Positions 13,881-26,763 of a stretch of DNA of 64,000 bases are shown one piece after another. The stretch's first letter is position 1, and each line of letters starts with the position of its first letter. The notes beneath the pieces are model-generated. The model searched no databases, was not told the origin of the DNA, and worked only from the letters and a program-made list of their open reading frames with translations. The DNA is from Octopus bimaculoides. Taxonomy: Eukaryota. The stretch covers positions 100,617 through 164,616 of the forward strand of contig NC_069006.1 in the NCBI RefSeq assembly GCF_001194135.2, written 5' to 3'. The translations under genes were made by a program, and so were the position numbers.

Positions 13881-14581
13881 CAGTGCTTCTCAACCCTTTT
13901 TTTTTTTACAATGGACCCCTTCCATTTCTATTTTATTCAACTTCCCTTCCCTCAGCTAGTCAGTGTTTAAAAAAACCCCAATATCATATATTTATAATTA
14001 AATATTATTGTGAAGTGTATGAACAAAAAATAGTTAAAATATTTTATGGATTGGGCCTCACAGAGGCAAGGTGGCTGAGTTCCTTTGAGCGTTGGGCTCC
14101 ATGGGGACAAAGTGGCTGAGTTCCTTTCAAGATTTGGACCTCACAGAGACAAAATAGCCGAGTTCCTTCCGAGCATCGGGTTCCATGGGGACAAAGTGGC
14201 TGAGTTCATTTCAAGTGTTGGGCCTTATGGAGGCAATGACCATGATTATGTCATGCTTGAGAAGAAGACCCATCAAGCCGATCAAAATCGCAGTCATGGC
14301 AGATACCGGTGTCACAAATGGCACCCATACCAGTGGCACATAAAAGAGTGGTTGGTGTTAGGAAGGGCATCCAAATCAGACTGGAGCCTGGCACAGCCTC
14401 CCAGCATGCCAGCCCAGTCAAACTGACCAACCCATGCCAGCAGGGACAGCAGACGTTAAATGATGAGGATGATAATGATTGTAGACATAATAATTTTATT
14501 GCACATAAATCATAACAACAATATCTTATAACCCCACCCCCCACCCCCCGGGGTCATATGGACCCTGGCTGAGAACCACTT
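13881..14581. mobile_element. hAT-type MITE with a nested RTE-3'-end/SINE insertion
   Basis: TIRs CAGTGCTTCTCAACC / GGCTGAGAACCACTT; 8-bp TSD CTCTAATG / CTCCAATG (7/8). 8-bp TSDs are typical of hAT. Confidence 0.7.
14051..14234. repeat. 42-bp tandem repeat (~4.4 copies, alternating A/B variants) at the start of an RTE/SINE-derived segment
   Basis: Units ttgggcctcacagaggcaaggtggctgagttcc... / ttgggctccatggggacaaagtggctgagttcc...; they run into the LINE 3'-end sequence also present in reverse at 28930-29060. Confidence 0.75.
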
Positions 14582-15156
14582 CTCCAATGTCTGCTTTGGC
14601 ATGGTTTCTATAGCTGGATGCCTTTTCTCTGACACCAACCACTTCTCAGGGTGTACTGGGTGGTTGGGTCTTTTTTAAAAAATTTTTTGTACAACTAGAA
14701 GTATGGAAGTCAACAAGTAACTTGCAAGACAAGAAAAGAACAGGAAAATAAAGCCCCCCCCCACTCAATGAAGCAGGGTGAGATATTTGGGATGGGGAGG
14801 TGGTTTTATGCCAGGTGTTGAGGGGCTAAAGTAGGATAGAAGAATACGCATAGAGGTCTTGCTATAGAGAAGAAACATGGGTACCCTACATTATATAAGG
14901 GTTGGTGGGAGTAACTAGGAAGAAAACATGCCTTTTATTAATATACTTTACTAAATGTGTATTTGTATATATGTATATATATATATATATATAGTGTAAA
15001 TGTACAAAAAAGACAGAGACAGGTGAGAAAACAGCAAAGGTGTCTTAAATTGATACTCAGAAAAAATGGAAAAGTCTTTGATGTTTCAAACCTCTTTAAC
15101 AGAAAAGAATGAGGAGAGTAAAAAACAAATGTCTGGATTAACCAGTTCACATGTCA

Positions 15157-15190
<34 letters not shown>

Positions 15191-15674
15191 ATTTGTATAT
15201 ATGAATCGACAGGCATGGCTATAGATACAGGCATAGGTGTGTGCAGTTAAGAAGTTTGAGTTTGCCTTCCAACAACATGGATTCAAGTTCAGTTCCACTG
15301 TGTGGCAATGTGGGGTGAGTGTTTTCTACTTTAAACTAGGGCCGAGTGGATTTAGCAAACTGAAAATGAAAAAGCTAGTTGTGTGTGTGTGTGTTTCATT
15401 GCCTTTTCGTCAGAAAGTAGTTGTAAACGAGTGCCACTGTCATAAATGTGGTGTTGTTCATTTCCAATCTTCCATGAAGATGTGTGGCCAAGAGGGAAAA
15501 ATATTACCACTCTTGGAAACAGGTGAGGGTTGTGGTCATTAAAGCGATGATGATGATGATGATGAGGTAAGTATTATGCAGTTAACTGTTATTTCAAGCA
15601 AATCTTACATTTTTTTTGGTTTGACTAGCATTCACCTATTTTTTTCTTCTTCTTCTTTTCCTTTCTACATGGTA

Positions 15675-15727
15675 TCACAAGTCTGTAGAATATCCTGTCT
15701 CTTCATCATCGTCACATGCAATGTCAC
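15675..15727 (-). CDS. FHA-domain protein, probable terminal exon 6 ((S)DIACDDDEETGYSTDL*)
   Basis: Long polypyrimidine tract plus TTTTAG acceptor; phase 1, compatible with exon 5; ends in TGA. No homology support. Confidence 0.5.
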
Positions 15728-16949
15728 CTAAAAAGGAAGAGAACACAAAAGAAAAATATGAAAACATAAAATCACAAACACACTCGAAACAAAAAACAAG
15801 CAAAATATATAAATAAATAATCGATATCAGCACTTCTTCAACTATGGGTCGCAACCCCTAATGGGGTCAAAAAAATTAAATTCAAACACTCGAATTTTAG
15901 GTTATATGTTACTAGCTGAGGGTATATCAGCCGAAACGTTGTGTTAACAACAAACAAGAGGAGGACAAATATCCGTCAAATGTACATAATTCCTCATCTC
16001 TTAAATATAGAACTCTACAAAATATCTTTGTCTTTTTAAGAGAAAAATAATATTATTTGAATTCAAATGAAAGAGTTCATCCAGATGAATGTTTTAGAGA
16101 AAACCCCATCTAAAAATCTTAAGCATAAAAAAGTTATGAGTTTTGTGAATTCATATTCATTTGTAATTTTATGTTTATAAATTCAATCATGTACATATAA
16201 AAAACATATTAAAATAAAAATTTCACTTCTGATTTTATTATTTATTTAGAATAGAACATTATTTTACAATAAAAATTGTTTAAAAATATATTTATTTGCT
16301 ATTTTTATGTGCAAACAGAATTTCTAAGTTTTAACAAAAACCTGTATTTAAAAAACATTTACAATAGTACCATTTTTTCAATTATAAAGGTAAATATAAT
16401 ATGTGTGTGTGTGTGTGTGTAGTCATCACTAAAGTAATTGAGAGTGCTAGTCAGTGCCAGCATTGCTAGAAATAAGAGTCAAAACAACTCTTAGCCACAT
16501 GAGTAAGATGTAAAAGGGATTAATCAATCCAAACAGATTTGGATTGCCTTGATGATGTTGTGTTAGCATGGATTTTGGGATATGTTTATTTGTCTGCTAT
16601 TTTATTCCTTTTTATTTTTGTATGTCACTACATTGGCACAATAAAAACAATTGTTAGTAATGTAATCACCAATTACAGATGTGATTCTCTCCATTATCTT
16701 GCTGCACACACACGGGTGCAGGAGAAGTAACACCCTTTTTTGCATTTAATAACTTTTATCGTATATAAATGTTTATTGAGTAATTTTTTTACTGAACGCA
16801 AATTTATTGCATTACTTAAAGAAACGAACAATGACTGTTAATCGCACGGCCATGTTTATCTGAAACAAAAAAGAAACTCAACTGGAAACCAGAAGACTCA
16901 ACTGCAAAAGGTCGTTGCTTCTGCCCCAGCCCCACAGCCTGTATATTAG

Positions 16950-17290
16950 AGGGAAATGGACAGCGAAACCAAGGCAGACTGAGTCTCACGGGTAATTTAG
17001 AGTATTTAATTAGAATAAGGTGAATCAAAAAATGGAGTAGTACAAGTAATTAATCTTTTTATATACTGTGAATTCTCTGTCTGGAACTGTCCTACAAACA
17101 TACCTTGTCTCTGATGAGGGAATACCCAGTGTTTGGGGATGGTGACTCATCACCTGGGACATCCCAGAAAACAGCTGTAAGACATTAATTACTTCTACTT
17201 CTCCTTTTTTTTGATTTACCTTATTTCTAATTAAATATTCTAAATGACCTGAGATACTCATCCTGCCTTGGTTTTGTTGTCCATTTCCCT
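16950..17290. mobile_element. Kolobok-like MITE (341 bp) with ~110-bp imperfect TIRs
   Basis: AGGGAAATGGACAGCGAAACCAAGGCAG...(16950-17056) is the inverse of ...CCTTGGTTTTGTTGTCCATTTCCCT (17183-17290). Flanked by TTAG / TTAA; a TTAA TSD and RR termini are typical of Kolobok. Confidence 0.7.
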
Positions 17291-17399
17291 TTAATATATA
17301 TGTGCTAACTTGGAACCCTACTACAGATCCCTAGCTTCAGCCTCAGCTATGAAATTGAAATTTAATGGATGACTATGCAGCATACGCATTCGTCTGGAT

Positions 17400-17705
17400 C
17401 AGGGCTGGCCAAGCTGAGGCCTGCTGGCCGCAGGTGGCCCACTTGATACCTTCTTGAAATGGGTTTATTTAAAGAAACATTTAAAAAATTTTATTAAAAA
17501 TTAAAGATTGTAATGAAAAGTAAAAAAGAAAGATACTTCTGTTTTTGCAACGATATTTCATACTGAATCAACGATCATTCATTCATTATTATAATAATAG
17601 CACGAGAAAGCAAAATGCTTTCAATTCTGTCTGTATACAAGCAACCCTCAAAATACTTTCTGTGATTAAAGTGGCCTGCAATGTAATTCAAAGTGGCCAG
17701 GCCTG
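17400..17705. mobile_element. hAT-Charlie-like MITE
   Basis: TIRs CAGGGCTGGCCA / TGGCCAGGCCTG; 8-bp TSD GTCTGGAT / GTTTAGAT (6/8, resembling the NTCTAGAN Charlie target); 5' end gaggcctgctggccgcaggtggccc. Confidence 0.65.
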
Positions 17706-17736
17706 GTTTAGATCATCAATGAACTAAACCCCACAT

Positions 17737-17777
<41 letters not shown>

Positions 17778-18779
17778 AAAAACAAAGAAAAAACACAAGA
17801 AAAACAACGCGAGGACATGGTACATGCAAAGTATTAGCAGACGCTCAGGAAAGGAAAGAAAAGGTGTTTTATGTTTCGAGCAAAGCTCTTTGTTAGAAAC
17901 AGGAGACAGAGGAAAGTCGAAGAGAAAAGGAAGACGCCAACAATCCACATGTGGTTACATTTTGAAATGACTGGAAGGGAATGGACGAAGAAAAAGTTCT
18001 TTCTAAGTCAGGAAAGTATTAGAGAAGGAGGTATCTGTGTGTATGTGTGGGTATGTGCATGCATACAAGTGTGTGTGTGTGTGTGTGTGTTGTCTGTGTG
18101 GTGTAGGCTGTTTATATGTGTATATGTGAGTAAACTTCATGTCTCTTAATGTTGTAGGAAGAATTCAGCGGCATGGTAAAAGGAGTGGTGGTCTTTTGTG
18201 GAGTTGTGTGTCTCTTCACATGTGCATAGAAGAATGGTCAGTAGAAAGGTGTTTGACTGGCAGTTGGAAGTATGTGTATGTGTGTATGTATGTGTGTGTG
18301 TATGTATGTATAGCTGTAAACGCTATACTAAAGGTTTAAATTAAATGATTAAAATGGGGGAGAGGAGGGCAAAATAGATCACAGTAAAGTAAACTAAAAG
18401 TCGTAAGGGAATTGCTGAGTCAAAAAGTGTAGAAAGGGAGAGAACCAAGGGAGTTCATCGAATATAAAAAAATTTTCTCTTTAAGGAAAAAAACTAATGA
18501 CATACTAATATAAAGTGAAGAAAGTAAATATAAAAAAATAAATAGCCTAGTAATATATATATATATATATATATTTTTTTTTTACTAAATGTCCTCTGAA
18601 TAATATCTACTTCTACATCCACTGCCACTTGTTTTATATACATATATATACATACACNNNNNNNNNNNNNNNNNNNNNNNNNNNNNNNNNNNNNNNNNNN
18701 NNNNNNNNNNNNNNNNNNNNNNNNNNNNNNNNNNNNNNNNNNNNNNNNNNNNNNNNNNNATATATATATAGATGACAGG

Positions 18780-18920
18780 CTTCTTTCAGTTTCCGTCTAC
18801 CAAATCCACTCACAAGGCTTTTGTCAGCCCAAGGCTATAGTAGAAGACACTTGCTCAAGGTGCCACACAGTGGGATTGAACCCAAAACCATGTGGTTAGG
18901 AAGCAAACTTCTTACCACAC
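18780..18920 (-). mobile_element. tRNA-derived SINE, 'ggctgtgtggtaagaagcttgct...gggttcagtcccactg...gacggaaactgaaagaagccc' family (representative of >20 copies, e.g. 21470-21610, 23470-23600, 26890-27040, 33150-33310, 33545-33700, 34965-35140, 44720-44860, 51710-51895)
   Basis: A-box-like TGGCTGTGTGG and B-box-like GGTTCAGTCCC, followed by a shared body; many dispersed copies on both strands. Confidence 0.8.
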
Positions 18921-18961
18921 ACACACACACACACACGTGTGTCTGTTTGTGCACTACTTAC

Positions 18962-19027
18962 TAGAGTCAAAGACATCGCTGTCACCAAAATATTCCAAAG
19001 ATAAATTTGCTTGATCCAACTTGATCA
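18962..19027 (-). CDS. FHA-domain protein exon 5 ((V)IKLDQANLSLEYFGDSDVFDS)
   Basis: Acceptor tctgtatttcag and donor GTAAGT; 66 nt, symmetric phase 1, open frame continuing exon 4. Confidence 0.65.
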
Positions 19028-19074
19028 CTGAAATACAGAAATGTTTAAAATAATGAGAACCATGTTGTGATGTT

Positions 19075-19510
19075 TGGTGAAAGTGGTGGTGGTGGTAGTG
19101 GGAATGGGTGGTATGATGATGATGATGATGATGATGGTAGTGGCAAAGTGGTGGTTGTAGTTATATATTGAGGGTGATAAGGGTCAGGGTGCTGGTGTGG
19201 AGATGATGATGATGACGATGACACTGATGGCTGTGGTAAAGGTGGTGATGAAGATGATGATGGTGGTGATGATTTGAGATTAAGACGATGGTGCTGGTGA
19301 TGTGAGATAAAGGTGGTGGTGTCGTGAGAAGATGGTGATGGTGGTGGCAGTGGTGTGATGTGTAGGTGATGGTGCTAAATTAAAATGGTGTTGGTGGTAG
19401 TGTCAGTGGTGTTGGTAATGTGAATAGCATTGGTGGGGTGGGGAGGAAGGTGATGACGGGGACGATGGTGTTGTTGGCTACGACAGTGATTGATTGTAAT
19501 GGTATAAGAT
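19075..19510. repeat. (GGT/GAT)n low-complexity tract
   Basis: Direct reading. Confidence 0.9.
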
Positions 19511-20085
19511 GAGCACAAAAAATGGTGATAAACAATCGCAAACAACGTCAATATTGAGAAGGAAAACAGGACATGTACCAGAAAGTATTTTCTGAAACAG
19601 CATCACCAGAACCAAACTAACATTCTAACAACATTGACAGTAAAACACTCTATTACAAACATTAAAAAAGATGGGATGTAATTTCCATAGAACACCTTAG
19701 GAATTATTCAATAAAGTGGAAAGATATAAAAGGACGGATGGTGTCATGTAAAAAGCACCCAGGGCGCTCTGTAAAGTGGTTGGTGTTAGGAAGGGCATCC
19801 AGCCATAGAAACCAAGCGAAATCTGACTGGAACCTGATGCAGCTTCCCAACTCTGATGATGAAAAATATATATATACACACATATATGATGATGATCATC
19901 ATCATTTAATGTCTGCTTTCCATACTGGCATGGGTGAGACAGTTTAACTGGCACTGGTATGCTGGAGGCCTGCACCAGGTTCCAGTCTGATTTGGTTTGG
20001 TCACTATGGCTGGATGCCATAGAAGTCATGCCAAATCAGACATTACCTGGTACATACATAAATGTATGCATATACATACATACAT

Positions 20086-20128
<43 letters not shown>

Positions 20129-20373
20129 AACACACAAATACAGTTACTTTTTTACATGCATGTGTATACGTATATGTACGTATGTCTCTGGAGGCACTTG
20201 GCTCAGTGATTAGGCTGTTGGACTCATCATCATAAGACTATGGTTTCAACTTCCAAGACTGGTCAATGCAGTGTAGTCTTGACCAAAACACTTCAGTTCC
20301 CATTGCTCTGGTTCACTCAATGGCAAAAATGAGTAACCCGGTGAGGAACCGGTGTCCTATCCATCCAGGTGGA

Positions 20374-21268
20374 TAGGGTGGGTGGAAAGTAACTAGGCAT
20401 TAGAAATTGCTTATAGAATTTTTAGTATCACTGAAGTCATGGCAAAAACATTTTTTAAACAGACAACACTAATGGGGATTTCTTATTGTCTTATTTTCTA
20501 GATGGCCGGTCGTTTGACTGTTCAGGAGCAAGCTAGACAGCAGCATGCTATGAAGTGTAGAATTTCATTGTTTTGATTCAGAGATGGTGGTGTGCATGGA
20601 CAGGTAAGCCTGAAGCACTATGTCCGGAGACAATAAAAAGTTGTCGTGCAAAGCTGATGACCACGTACTCCGTGAAGGATGCAAGAAAAAGTGGTCGTCC
20701 AACCGCATCTCGATCAGCGGAGAATGTGGCAACAGTGCAGGAAATGTTTAATCGTAGNNNNNNNNNNNNNNNNNNNNNNNNNNNNNNNNNNNNNNNNCCC
20801 CAATCAACACGTCAAGCAGCTCGTGAGAGTGGACTAACAAGACACACCATATGCATGGTGTTGCATAAAGAATGGAATTTTCGTTTGTGGAAACCCCATT
20901 ACGTGCAGGAGCTAAACCCTGAAAACTGTGATCGCAGAAGTCCAGAATTCCAGACCTCCAAGAAGTCCAGATCTCACTCCATGTGATTTTTACCTGTTGG
21001 GTTACATAAAAGAGGAGGTGTACAAGACAAAACTTCGCAGACTGGAGGACTTGGAGACACAAATTTAGGAACTTCTCAATGATGTCCCAGATGACATCCT
21101 TCAGAAGGTTGCTCGTTCCATCCCTGGTCGTTTGAAGAAACTGGTTGATGCCACCGGTGCTTACGTTGAAATATGAAGATTTACTCTCATTTTCCCATGT
21201 ATCATTTGTTTCAATAAATTTGTAAGAGGAAATATGGATTGTATTACCACCTTTTAATGCCTACTTTG
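20374..21268 (+). mobile_element. Tc1/mariner transposon, internally deleted and degenerate
   Basis: N-terminal HTH region (MAGRLTVQEQAR...KDARKSGRPTASRSAENVATVQEMF) and C-terminal SPDLTPCDFYLLGYIKEEVY...GAYVEI motif; TIR-like tagggtgggtggaaagtaactaggcatt / aatgcctactt. Confidence 0.85.
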
Positions 21269-21889
21269 CTGGAGCACCGCCTTTAGTCAAGCAAATTGAC
21301 CCCAGGATTTTTATTCTTTGTAAGCCTAGTACTTATTCTATCGGCCTCTTTTGCCGAACTGCTAAGTTACGGGGACATAAATACACCAGCATAGGTTGTC
21401 AAGTGATGTTGGGGGGAGGGACGACATAGACACACAAACATATACAAGTATATACATATATATGTATGATGGGCTTCTTTCAGTTTCTGTCTACCAAATT
21501 CACTCACAAGGATTTGGTTGGCCTAAGGCTATAGTAGAAGACACTTGCCCAAAGTGCCATGCAGTGGGACTGAACTCAGAACCGTGTGGTTGGTAAGCAA
21601 GCTACTTGCCACACTCCTGTACCTGTATATATATATCACCCCATCATCATCATCATCATCATCATCTAACATTTGTTTTCCATGCTGGCATGGGTTGGAC
21701 AGACTGACAGGGGCTGGCCAGCTGAAGAACTACCCAGGATCCATGTCTGTTTCGGCATAGCTTCTATGGTTGGATGCCCTTCCTAACACCAACCACTTTA
21801 CAAAGTATACTGGGTGCATTTACATGATAATTGGGTGTTTTTTTTTTATGTGGCACCAGCACCCATGAGCCTGCAAGGTTAGGAATGCT

Positions 21890-22715
21890 CAGCTGGAGAA
21901 GGATGCAGGGAACAGCCAGTATGCAAAGACAACAACCTCAGTGGTCACAGCCCATGTCTCACTGTCATGTAGCATAGCAGTTCATAGACAGCTATCATAC
22001 AATCTGTCTTTCACTCTGAGGGAGAGGCCCTTCTTTACTACCAGAGGTAGTAACTCTCTGAACTTTGCCCAGCCTATTCTTAATCTAGCAGCTATGCTTT
22101 CAGAACAACCACCCCAACTACTAACTTGGTCATCCAAGTAATGGAAACTGTCTACTACTTCTAAGGAACCCCACTGACATTTGAATGAGTCTATTTTTTG
22201 TACATTCCAGGTGTTTGATGTTCATGCACATCTGCTACAGGTAAACAGTATTTTCTCTGTTAGTATTCCAGTGATGCTGTTGCACCTCTTATGTGCCCAT
22301 AGCTTGCACAGGGTGCACCTTATAGAGTTTCTCCCAACACCTTTACTACATATCAAGGAGCGCCATCTCCCTGAAGGGATCTGTGATTTGTCTGTTTTCT
22401 TACTTATCAATACTTTGGTCTTGGCTAAATTAACCCTCGGACCCTTTTATTCCAGCCCGTACTACCATACCTGAAATTTCTTCTCTAGTTCTCGCAATAA
22501 GTACAAGATCATCAGCATAGAGGTGATTCTAAAGGACAGCCAGTTATAGTTTGGAGAACCAAGACAAACAAGAAAGGGGCTAAGGACTGATCCCTGGTAG
22601 ACTCCTACTTGTACACTAAACTCCTTGCTATACTCATTGGTGACTCTCCCCTTACTGACAGCATCCCTGTACATGGCCTGTACAGTTCTCACTAACCACT
22701 TATCTATCCCTTGCC
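21890..22715 (-). mobile_element. RTE-clade non-LTR retrotransposon, RT fragment (pseudogenised)
   Basis: GIDKWLVRTVQAMY...QVGVYQGSVLSP, a YADD-equivalent region, and the RTE Cys/His motif (SIRCTLCKLWAHKRC...CSRC), with frameshifts. A further RTE fragment lies at 24496-24596(+) (KVKGRVCHSCARSVMLSGSETW). Confidence 0.85.
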
Positions 22716-22913
22716 TATATATGTGTGTGTGTGTGTGTGTATGGGTGTGTGTCGTAGACAACACTTACCTAAAGTGCCAAGCAGTGGGATTGAACCAGAA
22801 ATGATGTGACTGTGAAACAAACTTCTTGACCACACACCTATGCTTGCACCCTGCCCTCAATAACAAACAAGTACCACAAACAAGTACCACAAGTACCACA
22901 AAACGTTTCTTAC

Positions 22914-22998
22914 CTTTTCTACAACATGGACTGGACCAAATATTTTTGTAGTCTTTGTTCTTTGGAGAGTTTGGCAAACTGTCATTGTTATCTTGAAA
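22914..22998 (-). CDS. FHA-domain protein exon 4 (FQDNNDSLPNSPKNKDYKNIWSSPCCRK)
   Basis: Acceptor gtgattcttcag and donor G|GTAAGA; starts in phase 0, matching exon 3; 85 nt. Confidence 0.75.
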
Positions 22999-24134
22999 CT
23001 GAAGAATCACAAGGAAAAATCATATATATATATACGTTAGGGTAATTATAGACACACATACATACACATGTGGAGGCACGTGGCCTAGTGGTTAGAGCAG
23101 CGGACTCACGGTTGAGGGATAGTGGATTCGAATCTCAGACCAGGCAAATGGCACCCGTGCCAGTGGCATGTAAAAGCACCCATTACACTTTCGGAGTGGT
23201 TGGCATTAGGAAGGGCATCCAGCCATAGAAAACCATGCCAAATCAGACTGGTGTCTGATGCAGCCTTCCAGCCCAGTCAAACCGTCCAACCCATGCCAGC
23301 ATGGACAACAGCCGTATGATGATGATGGTGATGACTGTGACCACCACCACCACCACCACTACTACTACTACTCAAAAATTATTTTAAAAAACCCTTGAAC
23401 GACAGTGGCTTCAGTCTAAAGACTGAAGCCAATAAAAAAAAAAATGCAAATAAAAATATAAAAAAGGTGTGGCTGTGTGTTAAGAAGCTTGCTTTCCAAC
23501 CACATGGTTCTGGGTTCAGTCCCACTGCGTGACATTTTGTGCAAGTGTCTTCTACTATAGCCTCAGGCCAACCAAAGTCTTATGAGTGAATTTCGTAGTT
23601 GGAAGTTCTTTTCTATTCTTCACTAGGCACAAGGCCTGAAATTTTGGGGGAGGGAACCATTCGATTAGATCAACCCCTCTACTTAATTTATTGATCCTGA
23701 AAGGATGAAAGGCAAAGTCGACCCGAGAGGAATTTGAACTCAGAACGTGAAGACAGACAAAAGACCGCTAAGCAATTCACCCCAGCGTGCTAACGTTTCT
23801 GCCAGCTCACCGCCTTAATTTCATAGATGGAAATTGAAAGAAGCCTGCCTGTGTGTGTACGTATCTTAGCATCTGTGTTTGTCTGCCCATCACTGCTTAA
23901 CAACTTAGTGTTGGTGTGTTCACCCCCCCCCCCCCATTACTTAGCAGTTTGGCAAAAGAGACTGATAGAGTAAGTACTAGGCTTAAGGAAAAATAAGTAC
24001 CAGGGTTGATTCATTCGACTAAAAAAATTCAAAGTGGTGCCCCAGCATGACCACAGTCTAATGACTGAAACAAGAAAAAAAAAAAAACTAGAGTGTACAA
24101 AAGAATAACAGAATGGAAGAATAACAATACTTAC

Positions 24135-24254
24135 TACATATTGGAATATTGATTTAGGCTGTCGAGCGAAGCTGCCAGCTGTGATGTTTGAACCGTTTAA
24201 ATGGCCAAATATGATTTTGTCCCCATTATTTAAAACACAGCCATCTTGGCTAAC
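24135..24254 (-). CDS. FHA-domain protein exon 3 (VSQDGCVLNNGDKIIFGHLNGSNITAGSFARQPKSIFQYV)
   Basis: Acceptor ttattaccaag and donor GTAAGT; 120 nt; completes the FHA fold (LxxGDxIxFG). Confidence 0.88.
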
Positions 24255-25517
24255 CTTGGTAATAATAAGGAAAAGACGAGGAACAAAAATAAATAGATAT
24301 AAAAATAAAAATATATACATCTGTCAAAAAAAAAAGATATAAATCTTGACACAGGCATAATTCTGTAATTACTTTTGTTTAAGGCATCTTTCTTACCCTT
24401 CAGAAGCTGATTGATGCTGCTATACCAGTGACTGGGGACAAGCTCTTCCTGAGTAACAATTCTAACTAATTTTATGATACCAATTATGATACTCGTTGAA
24501 GGTGAAAGGAAGGGTTTGTCACAGTTGTGCGAGATCTGTAATGCTGTCTGGGAGTGAGACATGGTGTCAGAGGGGAAGTGAAATGGCAGTTTTGAGANNN
24601 NNNNNNNNNNNNNNNNNNNNNNNNNNNNNNNNNNNNNNNNNNNNNNNNNNNNNNNNNNNNNNNNNNNNNNNNNNNNNNNNNNNNNNNNNNNNNNNNNNNN
24701 NNNNNNNNNNNNNNNNNNNNNNNNNNNNNNNNNNNNNNNNNNNNNNNNNNNNNNNNNNNNNNNNNNNNNNNNNNNNNNNNNNNNNNNNNNNNNNNNNNNN
24801 NNNNNNNNNNNNNNNNNNNNNNNNNNNNNNNNNNNNNNNNNNNNNNNNNNNNNNNNNNNNNNNNNNNNNNNNNNNNNNNNNNNNNNNNNNNNNNNNNNNN
24901 NNNNNNNNNNNNNNNNNNNNNNNNNNNNNNNNNNNNNNNNNNNNNNNNNNNNNNNNNNNNNNNNNNNNNNNNNNNNNNNNNNNNNNNNNNNNNNNNNNNN
25001 NNNNNNNNNNNNNNNNNNNNNNNNNNNNNNNNNNNNNNNNNNNNNNNNNNNNNNNNNNNNNNNNNCCCAACTTCCATTGTGCGGCACTTTTGTAGTGTCT
25101 CCTACTACAGTTCCAGACCAGCCAAAGCCTTGTGAAGGAATTTTGTGGACAGAAACTGTGGAAACCTGTCATGTGTGTGTGTGTATGCATATATATATAT
25201 GGTCTGGTGGTTAGGCTGTTGCACTCACAATTGCTAGATCATGATTTCAATTCCTAGTCCGGGTGGTGCCTTGTGTTCTTGAGCAGAAACATTTCATGTC
25301 ACATTGCTCTGCAATCACTTTGACACCTGACATGTGGTGCACCGTGCACCACCTGTTCAGACAATGTCAATTTGATTGAGCAAGTGAGGTAATATGGTGG
25401 CATGGACGTTTGATCTCTAGAAACAAACCATTTGTGCAGGTTGTTTGGCGAAAGCTGAAAAACTCATGTCGTCTTCAATGGGAGATTCCATTATATGTAT
25501 ATATATATATATATATG

Positions 25518-25642
<125 letters not shown>

Positions 25643-26202
25643 TATATATATATATCTTCGGTGGGAGATTCTGTCATATATATATTTACATACACTATTT
25701 TAATATGTATAAGGAGCCCCCTAATTTTTAGGCTTAAAATTTGGAAAAAATGGTTTTCTAAGGGATTATAATACTATTCATGTATAAGAAATTCCCAAAT
25801 TTTTAATCTAATTTTTGACATATATATATAATCAATTAATGAAACAAAATATGGATTAGGTATTGGTCTTTATTCTGTCCAAGAATCATTTTGACCCATC
25901 CTGAATCTGTCCTTTATGTCGGGGATGATGTATATCATACTGTGTTGCATCACTTTTGCAGTCCAGGTCATGTCAGGTACATTCCAGAATTTGTTCCAAT
26001 GGAAATATACCCCAACTGGGGATGATAACGGGTAGGTCAAACCATGCTAGTGCTCCACTCAACACACTAATTGACATCTACCCATTAGTAAAAAACACAC
26101 ACACACACACACATATATATATAGGAGATATCATTATTAAGCTGTGAAACAATCACAGAGCAAGACAACATGAAGTATTTATTGAGGTGATACAATACTT
26201 AC

Positions 26203-26389
26203 TCTGTAGTCATTGACAAAGGTGCCATTTAAACTGCAATCGAATATCTTATAGACAATCTTGCCGTCAGCCAGCTGACAGGGTTCGATCTTGCAGTGCC
26301 ACCGGGAAATAAAGTTTTTGAAAGTGGAAGAATCAATCAGGTAATCATTACGTGGATGACGTCCGAATGTTGTTTTACCTTTCTTCAAT
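26203..26389 (-). CDS. FHA-domain protein exon 2 (LKKGKTTFGRH...ISRWH...DCSLNGTFVNDYR)
   Basis: Canonical FHA motifs GR, SRxH and S.NGTFVN; acceptor ttccaaag and donor GTAAGT; 187 nt. Confidence 0.92.
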
Positions 26390-26424
26390 CTTTGGAACGG
26401 AAAAACAGAAAAAGAAGAGAAAAT

Positions 26425-26690
26425 CTATAAAGATGAGAATGTGTCTGTCTGTGTGAATCCCTAAAACTTGAGAACTACACAACCCATTTCGTTCAAATTT
26501 TACACATGCCTTACTTAGGGTCCATGTAGTGTCATAGGCCGAAACAATTTTTCACTTCTTGCCTAGTGCGAGCCCAGAGCAATATCATATCTTCTCCACT
26601 ATTTCAGTATTACGTGTTAAAAGTGAAACAATATCTCTTTATTGTAATGTCAGATATTTTCACTTTAATACTGAAACTATTATCTCACAT
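26425..26690 (+). mobile_element. Non-autonomous Helitron-like repeat (copy 2)
   Basis: Homologous to 5240-5510; begins atctataaagatgagaatgtgtctgtctg. Confidence 0.5.
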
Positions 26691-26709
26691 ATATACAGGC
26701 ATACATACC

Positions 26710-26763
<54 letters not shown>

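Noticed and set aside
23070-23145. tRNA-like sequence (GGAGGCACGTGGCCTAGTGGTTAGAGC...GGATTCGAATC)
   Set aside because: Has A/B boxes but no proper acceptor stem, and continues into a SINE body: it is a tRNA-derived SINE head.
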